Shown: one piece after another, positions 38,301-49,994 of the stretch
Layout: each line of letters opens with the position of its first letter
Numbering within the stretch: the stretch's first letter is position 1
Source: Mizuhopecten yessoensis
Lineage: Eukaryota
Assembly (NCBI RefSeq): GCF_002113885.1
Contig: NW_018480034.1
Coordinates: 22,098-86,097 of the forward strand
DNA length: 64,000 bases
Direction of reading: 5' to 3'
Translations under genes and position numbers: made by a program
Notes under the pieces: generated by a model
What the model was told of the DNA's origin: nothing
Seen by the model: the letters and a program-made list of their open reading frames with translations, nothing else
Database searches by the model: none

Positions 38301-39582
38301 GTCCAATTATATATGTACATGTAGGTAAATGTACTATCACTGGTTCAGTAGATGGTATTATCCATTCAATATGTGTCACCGATTCAATTACGTACGCAAT
38401 ATTATTGATGGAATCAGTGATAATATTGATACAATTATGTACAGTATCGATATTATCGATTTAATTATATAAGATGACACTATTTCCCCTTTGTTCTCAT
38501 AGCCTCGATCATAATCACGTGGAAGCCAGTGATTTGAGATATGGACTACTTTTAGAAACAGTAGGTTAGTTAATCTCTTTATGACGTCATTTCATTTGTG
38601 ACGTCACAATTCTCTGTGCAAAAAAAGGACTTTATTTCAGTGAATATGTTGTTGAAACATTGAAATTGACCGAGACGAATAAATAGTGACCCGATGTTAC
38701 TATTTATAGAAACAACATGTTAATAGTATGATAATGACGTCTCTTCAATTCAGCATCATTTGATATTCAATATAACAATTATGGACTTTTTGTTGATATG
38801 GTGAATTGAATCGATGATATAATATACTAAAAAAAATAAGTTGAAGTGAACATTATGGGTAAATAAACATGAATAGTGATGTTAACCGAAACGAGGTGGA
38901 TATTTATAGATTTGTTAATTTATCACTCTTCAGGTTCATATAACCATACACTCACATCAACTGAAGTCCATACATGGTAGATACGCATATGATCGATTCA
39001 GTTATATACAGTTAAACATCACCATTTCGATTATGTACCCTACGTGATATTATCCATTCACAAATTTGGTATAAGTAATATCACCTATGCGAATTCGTGA
39101 TGACATTGACTCGTTGAATAATTAAAGGCACCAGACAGGCCAACGTTAGTTAGTTGACGCATGTATAATACGAAACACTGTCAAAGATCAGCCCGTAATC
39201 TACTTAGGTCTCATGATAAATAACGATATGTGATCCGACCATCAGTTATACTAAAACCTGTTTATTTCCAACGCAAACGTTGAATCCTTATGACGTGTCG
39301 GTTAAGACAGTGTTTACTGTATAAACCGGTGTCGATGAATAAAAAACCCCACATACACTATCTTTTAATGAGTGTCTCGTCTCCATGACGCACACTCGGT
39401 ATGACCAGAATATTCTGCGTTTTTATGACAACAAGGCCTGTATTATAGATTCCTCCGCATTGAAGCCATTTTGGTCTCTGTGGAGTATAACATATATTAT
39501 GGCAAACAATACGTCGGTAGAGTACTTTCTTACCTTCAGCTTGTAGAAGAACCAGGAAAAACACCACAATTACAACTTCCAT
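35353..39582 (-). CDS. Small type-I membrane protein, Shisa/WBP1/VOPP1/CYYR1-like, 3 exons, 178 aa
   Basis: Exons 39534-39582, 37334-37585 and 35353-35588 (phases 1,1). Signal peptide MEVVIVVFFLVLLQAE, Cys-rich ectodomain CEACPYGCC...EECC, TM helix LGIIAAVTSCGVVIAIVVIV, then CCCRRKK and a C-terminal LPSY motif. AATAAA on the minus strand at 35087-35092. Confidence 0.75.
35650..35740. repeat. Short hairpin element; second copy at ~40511-40578
   Basis: CAATCGTGAACCGTCGGCACTTTCCGTAAACGA...TCGTTTACGGATAGTACCGAAGGTTCCCGATTG. Confidence 0.65.
36993..37101. repeat. Hairpin/MITE ~110 bp in Shisa-like intron 2
   Basis: AACCAATAGGCCGGCGTATCTTC / GAAGATACGCCGGCATATTGGTT. Confidence 0.7.
38151..38300. 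mobile_element. 150-bp fold-back MITE with 7-bp TSD (P-element-like ends)
   Basis: GTCCAAT-[CACAGGGGCACGCAACTACTATTAA...TTAATAGTAGTTGCGTGCCCCTGTG]-GTCCAAT. Confidence 0.85.
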
Positions 39583-41459
39583 TTTGCCATTTCACAATCC
39601 ACCGATCGTCATCATCTCAGGAAACCACAAACAAACACTTGTTTTAAGAAACGGAGTATATATCCCAGTTGTATATCTCCTGTACACAGGATAGCGGCGA
39701 CCCAGCATCAGTTGCAGTCCCCGCTCTGGGCACCAGTGGTGAGAGCAAGAGGCAGATACAGAGTGACTATTATCTATATCCTGTATATTTACATATCTGT
39801 CCATCCATCATCACGAGCGATAGATAACCAATAGACGCTGTCAAACTACTTTTCTTCACGTGCGCTCGAGCTGTCGTCAGCGCGTGATCCATATCTCTGC
39901 CCGATGTCAATGAGCGTAACGATTTATTAACGGAACGTGCGTTTTTGTTTCTTTTTTTTTCTCTCGATTAGTCAGTGAATAGTTATCATTTTACAGAGTA
40001 GGTATTATTGTCTATATAGGAGTGGAAAGTTTATAAGCCAGCATGGAAATTTCACTCAACAATTATTGATGTTATCGGCAGCGTATATTTTCTCACTTCC
40101 AATACTTATTATAATATGGTACGAGAAAATTGGGCTTTATTCCAATATAAACTCTGAAATCACGGAGTTTGGTTAGCGGTACCATAATCGAATCTCCACA
40201 ACATCAAAGCCGACAATTTTCAAAAGTTTAAAAAAAAGTTTCACATAAGGCCAATTACTCGATAAGATGCTTGCTACATCGTTGTAAAAATGCGTCCAAC
40301 AAGAGTTTAGCAATAACAAACTTTTGTGAAATATAATTTACAGTGTATGAATAGAATTTTGATCTGGTTTGTTAAATGAAGTATGAAATAATGCAAACAA
40401 TTAGTTCTGTATATGGGATATTACTCTAATAAAAATCACATGTATCATCATGTGTAAGCTAGCATATAAACTTAACGCGAACAAACTTTATAGGTAAGAT
40501 GTATAAGGTTGCATCAATCGGGAACCTTCGGCACTTTCCGTTAATGATTCTCGTTAACGGAAAGTGTCGACGGTTCCATATTAACCACAGGTTAATTGTT
40601 GCGAAATATGGATTAAGTCCTTAAGGGAGATAACTTATAATACAGATCATGTCGGTAAAATGTTTAAGTAGCATATAGCCTCAACTGTAACACAGAATGA
40701 TATAATGGGTGAAGTAGGCATACATGTATATGAGTAAGTAAGGGGATGTCACGGAGTAAGTGAAACTATTAATACACTTTTGCTAGTTTATCTCTTTCTT
40801 TGAATTATTTGATACTATTTATAGAATGGATTTTTCACGCAAAAACCCCCGATTTATGGTCTTTCTGCAATGGATGCGATTTAATTCACTTTTCTCAGTT
40901 CTTTAGTTTATGATTCAGTCGTTTTCAATTGTTATTTTGTCTATATTTGATGAGATCAAATCATGTACGTTTTTTGCTAATATTCGTTTATACGACGTTT
41001 GTTGTCTTTTGTTCTCTATCTTGTTCTTTTAATTTTTCATTGTGTACGCTTATAACAGGAAACTATGAAAGTTTGATTTTACTAAAAAAAAAAAAAAAAA
41101 AAAAAAAAAACCGAAAGAAGCATACCCATTCTTGAATACAAGATATTTAGTTTGTTTCCTAGCTCTGAATGATGTATCAGTAATGTGTGGTCTGTTATTT
41201 ACAAGAGGGTCATATACATAAGAAAGTATCACTACCCCTTCCAACATCCGGAAGTACCGACCCCGCCCACTCTATTAAAGAACATCCGGTGATACTGCCC
41301 CGCCCCCCTGTAGAGGGATTCCAGTTGCAAACGACTGCAAAATACACAGTTTATAAAACGAAATACTCTTTTCATATTCAAGCTGTTCAAAGTCCGTGGT
41401 AGAGTTAATGGAAGACAGTGAAATTATGACAAGATGCTATAGACACTATTTGTGAGATA

Positions 41460-44400
41460 GCCAAAGTGTCTCAAATGGTGTCAGATTCGACAAACTAATC
41501 TGAACAATGAGTATGTCCCACAGGGTGTCGGATTAGACATGTAAATAATAACTATGTGTAATGTCCCAAAGTATGTCGGATCAAACGGTAATCTGACTAG
41601 TACGTTGTGTCTCTGAGTGTTTCACATTAGACAGGTTAATCTGATCATTATGTTGTGTCCAACAGGATGTCAGGTTAGAAAGGTCAATATTACCAATATA
41701 TTGTCTCACAGGGTGTCAGCTTAGAAAGGTCAATATTACCAATATATTGTCTCACATGGTGTCAGGTTAGAAGAGTGAATCTTACCAATATATTGTCTCA
41801 CAGGGTGTCAGGTTAGAAAGGTCAATATTACCAATATATTGTCTCACAGGGTGACAGGTTAGAAGAGTCAATATTACCAATATATTGTCTCACAGGGTGT
41901 CAGGTTAGAAAGGTCGATATTATCAATATATTGTCTCACATGGTGTCAGGTTAGAAGAGTGAATCTTACCAATATATTGTCTCACAGGGTGTCAGGTTAG
42001 AAAGGTCAATATTACCAATATATTGTCTCACATGGTGTCAGGTTAGAAGAGTCAATATAACCAATATATTGTCTCACTGGGTGTCAGGTTAGAAAGGTCA
42101 ATACTACCAATATATTGTCTCACAGGGTGTCAGGTTAGAAGAGTCAATATTACCAATATATTGTCTCACTGGGTGTCAGAATAGAAAGGTCAATATTACC
42201 AATATTTTGTCTCACTGGGTGTCAGGTTAGAAAGGTTAATACTACCAATATATTGTCTCACAGGGTGTCAGGTTAGAAGAGTCAATATTACCAATATATT
42301 GTCTCACAGGGTGTCAGGTTAGAAAGGTCAATATTACCAATATATTGTCTCACATAGTGTCAGGTTAGAAGAGTCAATATAACCAATATATTGTCTCACA
42401 GGGTGTCAGGTTAGAAAGGTCAATACTACCAATATATTGTCTCACAGGGTGTCAGGTTAGAAGAGTCAATATTACCAATATATTGTCTCACTGGGTGTCA
42501 GGTTAGAAGAGTCAATATTACCAATATATTGTCTCACTGGGTGTCAGGTTAGAAGAGTCAATATTACCAATATATTGTCTCACTGGGTGTCAGGTTAGAA
42601 GAGTCAATATTACCAATATATTGTCTCACTGGGTGTCAGGTTAGAAGAGTCAATATTACCAATATATTGTCTCACTGGGTGTCAGGTTAGAAGAGTCAAT
42701 ATTACCAATATATTGTCTCACTGGGTGTCAGGTTAGAAGAGTCAATATTACCAATATATTGTCTCACTGGGTGTCAGGTTAGAAGAGTCAATATTACCAA
42801 TATATTGTCTCACTGGGTGTCAGGTTAGAAGAGTCAATATTACCAATATATTGTCTCACTGGGTGTCAGGTTAGAAGAGTCAATATTACCAATATATTGT
42901 CTCACTGGGTGTCAGGTTAGAAGAGTCAATATTACCAATATATTGTCTCACTGGGTGTCAGGTTAGAAGAGTCAATATTACCAATATATTGTCTCACTGG
43001 GTGTCAGGTTAGAAGAGTCAATATTACCAATATATTGTCTCACTGGGTGTCAGGTTAGAAGAGTCAATATTACCAATATATTGTCTCACTGGGTGTCAGG
43101 TTAGAAGAGTCAATATTACCAATATATTGTCTCACTGGGTGTCAGGTTAGAAGAGTCAATATTACCAATATATTGTCTCACTGGGTGTCAGGTTAGAAGA
43201 GTCAATATTACCAATATATTGTCTCACTGGGTGTCAGGTTAGAAGAGTCAATATTACCAATATATTGTCTCACTGGGTGTCAGGTTAGAAGAGTCAATAT
43301 TACCAATATATTGTCTCACTGGGTGTCAGGTTAGAAGAGTCAATATTACCAATATATTGTCTCACTGGGTGTCAGGTTAGAAGAGTCAATATTACCAATA
43401 TATTGTCTCACTGGGTGTCAGGTTAGAAGAGTCAATATTACCAATATATTGTCTCACTGGGTGTCAGGTTAGAAGAGTCAATATTACCAATATATTGTCT
43501 CACTGGGTGTCAGGTTAGAAGAGTCAATATTACCAATATATTGTCTCACTGGGTGTCAGGTTAGAAGAGTCAATATTACCAATATATTGTCTCACTGGGT
43601 GTCAGGTTAGAAGAGTCAATATTACCAATATATTGTCTCACTGGGTGTCAGGTTAGAAGAGTCAATATTACCAATATATTGTCTCACTGGGTGTCAGGTT
43701 AGAAGAGTCAATATTACCAATATATTGTCTCACTGGGTGTCAGGTTAGAAGAGTCAATATTACCAATATATTGTCTCACAGGGTGTCAGGTTAGAAGAGT
43801 CAATATTACCAATATATTGTCTCACAGGGTGTCAGGTTAGAAGAGTCAATATTACCAATATATTGTCTCACTGGGTGTCAGGTTAGAAGAGTCAATATTA
43901 CCAATATATTGTCTCACTGGGTGTCAGGTTAGAAAGGTCAATATTACCAATATATTGTCTCACAGGGTGTCAGGTTAGAAAGGTCAATATTACCAATATA
44001 TTGTCTCACAGGGTGTCAGGTTAGAAAGGTCAATATAACCAATATATTGTCTCCCAGGGTGTCAGTTTGAAAGGTCAATATTACCAATATATTGTCTCAC
44101 AGTGTGTCAGGTAAGAAGAGTGAATCTTACCAATATATTGTTTCACAGGGTGTCAGGTTAGAAAGGTCAATAATACCAATATACTGTCTCACAGGGTGTC
44201 AGGTTAGAGAAGTGAATCTTACCAATATATTGTCTCACAGGGTGTCAGCTTAGAAAGGTCAATATTACCAATATTGTCTCACTGGGTGTCAGGTTAGAAA
44301 AGTCAATATTACCAATATATTGTCTCACTGGGAGTCAGGTTAGAAGAGTCAATATTACCAATATATTGTCTCACTGGGAGTCAGGTTAGAAGAGTCAATA

Positions 44401-45080
44401 TTCCCAATATATTGTCTCACTGGGTGTCAGGTTACAAGAGTCAATATTACCAATATATTGTCTCACATGGTGTCAGGTTAGAAAGGTCAATATTACCAAT
44501 ATACTGTCTCACAGGGTGTCAGGTTAGAGAAGTGAATCTTACCAATATATTGTCTCACAGGGTGTCAGCTTAGAAAGGTCAATATTACCAATATATTGTC
44601 TCGCAGGGTGTCAGCTTAGAAAGGTCAATATTACCAATATATTGTCTCACAGTGTGTCAGGTTAGAAGAGTCAATATTACCAATATATTGTCTCACATGG
44701 TGTCAGGTTAGAAAGGTCAATATTACCAATATACTGTCTCACAGGGTGTCAGGTTAGAGAAGTGAATCTTACCAATATATTGTCTCACAGGGTGTCAGCT
44801 TAGAAAGGTCAATATTACCAATATATTGTCTCACAGGGTGTCAGGTTAGAAAGGTCAATATTACCAATATATTGTCTCACAAGGATGTCAGGTTAGAAAG
44901 GTTAATCTGACTAATGTGTTTAGCCCACAGGGTGTCGGACAAGACAGGTTAATCTGATAATTTTTCGTGCCCTAGATTAGAAAGGTTAATCTGATCAATA
45001 TGTCGTGCCTTACAGGCTGTCAGATAAGACAGGTTATTTTGACCAATGTGTTGTGTCCAACAGTATGTCAGAATGGACAG
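41460..45080. repeat. Satellite, 46-bp unit CCAATATATTGTCTCACTGGGTGTCAGGTTAGAAGAGTCAATATTA, ~70 clear copies with degenerate flanks
   Basis: Periodicity 46. Identical core ~42450-43770, variant units either side, decayed units at 41460-41660 and 44900-45080. Confidence 0.96.
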
Positions 45081-45169
45081 GTTTCGTTGTATATGTAATA
45101 TATATGTAAGATAATTCCTACATAGGCAACGAAATATGTGTAGAGGATAAGACAAGCAATTATTTGGCA

Positions 45170-45389
45170 CAAAAAATTATATGAAATATTTTATTTCTCA
45201 TAAATATATAGCAAGCATAAATACAATCTAGCTATGACCAATATTGGTCAAAAGTGCAACGAATGTACATCAGATCGAGGATGAGATCGATATGCCACCA
45301 TCATACAAGATCGATGACGTTCAATTTGTCAACTTCCGTTCCATAATCGACTGATATCGATATTCTTCACGATGCCTGGTGGAATCAAC
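45170..45389 (-). other. Probable terminal (3' UTR) exon of the 46439-48366 gene
   Basis: Acceptor TTGTTTTCCAG|G at 45390 and AATAAA (minus) at 45190-45195. The matching donor TAG|GTAGGC follows directly after the stop codon. Confidence 0.5.
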
Positions 45390-45678
45390 CTGGAAAACAA
45401 AGTTATCGAATAATAACAAAGTGTACGTTCTCCACGACAAAATCTTACATCATTTGTCATGTGACGTCATTTTAAAACTGATTACCATAAAGTATGTTGA
45501 CCACGTTAGTCATACGTTTCTTTAAACTTGTCAGTTTGTCTAATCGTGTCTGCTTAAAACATTCTTAGACATTACGTGTATCGAAAATAAGTCAAAAACG
45601 AGAATATTCCGCTAATCGGTAGTCCAACCAAGTAAAATGATACCGTGTGTATTCGAAAACGAGGGGCGGGCCACCCAC

Positions 45679-46035
45679 TAGCGAGGGACGGTCTACCTAC
45701 ATCACGAGGGGTGGGGTAAATACCTAACGAGGGACGGGCTACCAACATCACGAAGGTGGGGTAAATACCTAACGAGGGACGGGCTACCTACATCACGAGG
45801 GATGGGGTAAATACCTAACGAGGGACGGGCTACCAACATTACGAAGGTGGGGTAACTACCTAACGAGGGACGGGCTACCTACATCACGAATGTAGGGTAA
45901 AAATACCTAACGAGGGACGGGCTACCTACATCACGAAGGTGGGGTAAATACCTAACGAGGGACGGGCTACCTACATCACGAATGTGGGGTAAATACCTAG
46001 CGAGGTACGCGCTTCCTACATCACGAGGGGTGGGG
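45679..46035. repeat. Minisatellite, 45-bp unit TACCTAACGAGGGACGGGCTACCTACATCACGAAGGTGGGGTAAA, ~8 copies
   Basis: Periodicity 45 (45721, 45766...). 21/23 match to 46436-46458. Confidence 0.93.
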
Positions 46036-46438
46036 AGGGGCTGTCTTAAATCCTAGCAAAAATGACGGGACATCTGATCGACGTCCATTACAGGAAAACT
46101 TAACCCTGAAGATTTCATGTTCCAATATAAAGTAAATAAAACTAACTTTAAACACCCCACCCCATAGCAACATTGTCATAACATCCCAAAATCCTTATTT
46201 CTGATTTTATGTCCATAATAATCATGTTTATTTTTTTCAGAACAACTCATGTGCTTTCCAAGTTAATGATGCTCAGTTTTGTGAATTGTTGCATAAAATG
46301 TTATTGAAATAAACTGATTACATGTTTTGACAATTTAATCAAACTGCATTGTTCCTTGAAGGCCCTATATTTCCAATGGTTAAGTTATTCTGTAAGCTAT
46401 GGGCTTTTAGAAACTTATGACAAACTACATGTGCCTAC

Positions 46439-48366
46439 CTAGCGAGGGACGGGGTACCAGTAGTTGATCTGACGCTGGATGCACAGTGGGAACAGAACCA
46501 TGTGTGCCTCCTCAAATCGCTGACAGAACTTCCTCTCCCAGTACAGGTTATCCTGTGGCAGCTCTTTGGTCAGTACCACGGACAGCTCTAGTCCGTAGTT
46601 AAACAACATCATGGCTTCTGACCGCTTGGCGAAATTGGCTTTGTCCCTCTTGCGACTTCCAGAAGGCTTCCAAAATGACCTCCTTTTGACCTGGCATGGG
46701 ACAGTACCGCAGTGACGACAGCGTGAAGGCCCTGTTCATGCACCAATGACATGTATGTTAGGATAGAAGAAGAAAAACCAATAGATTGATTCAACATGAA
46801 ACTATATCGTGTAGATCGGAACGACACGACCATCAGCAGTGCGATTCAGCCAAAGTGCCTTAAAAATGAAGTTTAAGTATTCAAATTATATCAAAAATTC
46901 AACGAGTGAGTTTACTGAATCGTTAGTATACTATTTATGTTATAAGAGCTATTTCCCTTGATGGTGCTTTCACGTTACGTCATTTCCCCGTTTTTCTAGG
47001 CTAATTTACTTTTTTTCCGTAATGTTGATAGAACTTAACGTCCTGTTAGAGAATTATCCAGTGTTTTCTCTGGTTACATTTATAAGCTATTTATATTTGT
47101 AACCGTGGCTCAGTTTTTGAGATAAAATAATGTATTACTTTTCATCCCAGCACAAAATATACGTTGACGCAATTCCTGATGACACAATGTTAAATTTTGC
47201 CGTAAAAATGTTTTGTCCAACTAACTCATTATGGTTAGAGTCTTATGAAACGGATAAGTATATTCATATATAAGCTGTATGCTAAATTTCATAAAAGCTG
47301 GACTGAAAATTAAGCAAGGAAAAATAATTTTCCAGAAGTAAATTACCATAAAATTCAATAGGAAAGTGACGAAAACGTTTAAGAATTTTGGCATTTTTTT
47401 TAAAATACAAGAAAAAACTTAGAAGGAAAGGAGGAACCAAAAGGAATGGCGTTGATGTATTTTTATATAATCACAAAATTGATACTTTAACATTTTAACT
47501 GCAATCATCAATATTACTTACGATTCCACCATGCGCGGACCATTAAAACCATGGCCGACCATCTCTCTTTGGCGCTCTTTCTGATCGACGGCGCATAGCC
47601 CAACAGCAGGGTTAGAAGCACACAGAGAAGGGTGCAGAATACCTCATTTCCAATTCGCTAGAATGATTATAAATGTGATCAGTTAATATTTCAGACCCTC
47701 TTTCTCGTTTCTCCTCCCCTTTTATTAATATTGATATATTTTTTTTATATCTTGTTCTGCCCTAAACTTTTTTCGTTTTTTGGATATAAAATTTGTATAT
47801 TACTTGATGTAAAATATATTTCATAATATGTTTATACGGAGAAGATGCACAAAGTTGTTAGAACTTGTTTCTGATCCATTTGTCTGCACATAAAATAACT
47901 TTAAATCAAAATCAGTGTTTCAGACTCGCGAATTCAGATGGATAAAAAAAGCCCAGTGACGCGAACAAAAATGGGGTAACAAAGCGAAAAGATTATTTAA
48001 TAACAACGGTGCAAAAATACTGAGCAAGGTGTCTTAAATATCAACAGGACATACATCAAAACTAAAATACATACCCAAGTCAAATCGGCAGATGTTGGAC
48101 AAACTTTCTCAATTTCTGTTGCGGTGAAGTACTGGAAGAATCTTTTGGTGTATCCAGGCTCTAGCTCCACGCTAAACAAATAATACAAAATAATGATTAA
48201 TTATTTCCAAACTTTGAATGAAACTATTCCTAAAAATTGAAAACGTGTATTCACGTTAGAAATAACACCATGCGTAATTTCAACTTACAATCAGTACGGA
48301 ATAGATGCAAACTTACCACGTAAGGTCCCGATATACAGCAGGACCTCGGTGCACTGCGCTCATCAT
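46439..48366 (-). CDS. Uncharacterised 191-aa membrane-anchored protein with Cys-containing (P2X7 C-terminal-like) domain, 4 coding exons
   Basis: Exons 48317-48366, 48075-48171, 47522-47657 and 46439-46731. Strong donors (GTAAGT, GTATGT, GTAAGT) and phases 2,0,1 join into an open 576-nt CDS. TM-like EVFCTLLCVLLTLLLGY, then CRHCGTVPC...NFAKR...FPLCIQRQINYWYP. Confidence 0.72.
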
Positions 48367-48675
48367 TACAACATATATCAAGAATAATTTGATATCCATT
48401 GTGGTAATCCAGGTATTAATACAAAAAGATAATTTCAGGGGAGAGACTGATCATCTCCGCCTTTGCCGATTGCTAAGCAGCTAAGCAACAAGTATCTGAC
48501 GTCACAAAAGACTTCTTCCATCATTACGTCATGCAACTATCTGTTCACTGTGTGCGAAACGATGATACACTGATGACAATGGCATTTCTCTATAAATAAG
48601 TAATAACATTGTACATTTTTCTTACATGAAGGTGTCTGCCCCCAGTTTACAGCGACTGTGATCAATTCTTCTAGG

Positions 48676-49312
48676 AGTCAAATTTGGGACTGTAGCGACA
48701 TTGAGCAATTTCGTTACGAGTCCATTTCGGGATTGTAGCGACATTGAGCGATTCCGTAACGAGTCAAATTTGGGACTGTAGCGACATTGAGCGATTTCGT
48801 TACGAGTCAAATTCGGGACTGTAGCGACATTGAGCGATTTCGTAACGAGTTAAATTCGGGACTGTAGCGACATTGAGCGATTCCGTAACGAGTCAAATTT
48901 GGGACTGTAGCGACATTGAGCGATTTCGTAACGAGTCAAATTCGGGACTGTAGCGACATTGAGCAATTCCGTAACGAGTCAAATTCGGGACTGTAGCGAC
49001 ATTGAGCAATTCCGTAACGAGTCAAATTCAGGACTGTAGCGACATTGAGCAATTTCGTAACGAGTTAAATTCGGGACTGTAGCCGACATTGAGCGATTTC
49101 GTAAGGAGTCAAATTCGGGACTGTAGCGACATTGAGCAATTCCGTAACGAGTCAAATTCGGGACTGTAGCGACATTGAGCAATTCCGTAACGAGTTAAAT
49201 TCGGGACTGCAGCGATATTGCGCGATTTGGCTAGGATTCAAATTCGGGACTGTAGCGACATTGAGCAATTCCGTTACGAGTCAAATTGGGAACTTTACAG
49301 TGACATTGAGCG
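48676..49312. repeat. Minisatellite, 43-bp unit CGAGTCAAATTCGGGACTGTAGCGACATTGAGCGATTTCGTAA, ~15 copies
   Basis: Periodicity 43 (48760, 48803...). CpG-rich and ~300 bp upstream of the 48366 ATG. Confidence 0.93.
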
Positions 49313-49994
49313 TTTTCGTTAGTAGTAAAACTTGAAACAAGCGATAATGACTAATTCCGCTCAAATTCAAACCAAGGAAGAGCAATAATTATCGCTAGGG
49401 GGTTGAACTCTGGACTAAAGCAACAGTGAGTGATTCTACACCAGTTGTAATATTACACGCAAGGAAGAGTTCCACTGTGAACTTTTAGAAAATGACGTAA
49501 CGAAAATGAGTTTTTTTACTGGCTTAGAGTAATTTCCAATGATAAGTTCCTAGGCTTTTCGGTCCATCAATTAAACGTTCATTTTGTTGCAGTTCATTTG
49601 TAAGCCATTGAAGGTCCTGAGGTCGACCCCAGCATGATTTCCTTTTTTATTTTCGAACTTTCAATTTTAGAATTTAGAACAATTTGCTATAATGCTGTAT
49701 AACGCATGGCAACAAGTATACTCTTTTTGTAATATGTCTTTTGAAAGGAATTATGAAAGTATTTCACAATGGTGTCAATATTTATAAAAAGTTACACTTG
49801 TTGATACACTTTATCTTTACTATAAATATTAATCAATGGAGTCATTTGTTCAGGATTCAAGGAGTTGAATATTGGCTCATATATTCAAAATTCTTCAACG
49901 GAGTGAATACTGGACATTGAATTTTTAGCTTGTAAGCTTAAATGCTAGCTATACAACTCAGTTGTTAAGAAATGAGTCAAATATTAACATCCTG

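Noticed and set aside
23090-39582. Functional link between WW-domain PQBP1 and the neighbouring LPxY-containing membrane protein
   Set aside because: PQBP1 is nuclear and its WW domain prefers proline-rich/phospho-CTD ligands. Adjacency in a eukaryote is weak evidence.
46609-46858. ORF 46609-46833 and a possible acceptor at 46859 followed by an in-frame TGA (selenocysteine idea)
   Set aside because: The upstream exon ends in phase 1, which fits the 46732 acceptor and a different, protein-like frame. No SECIS is evident.
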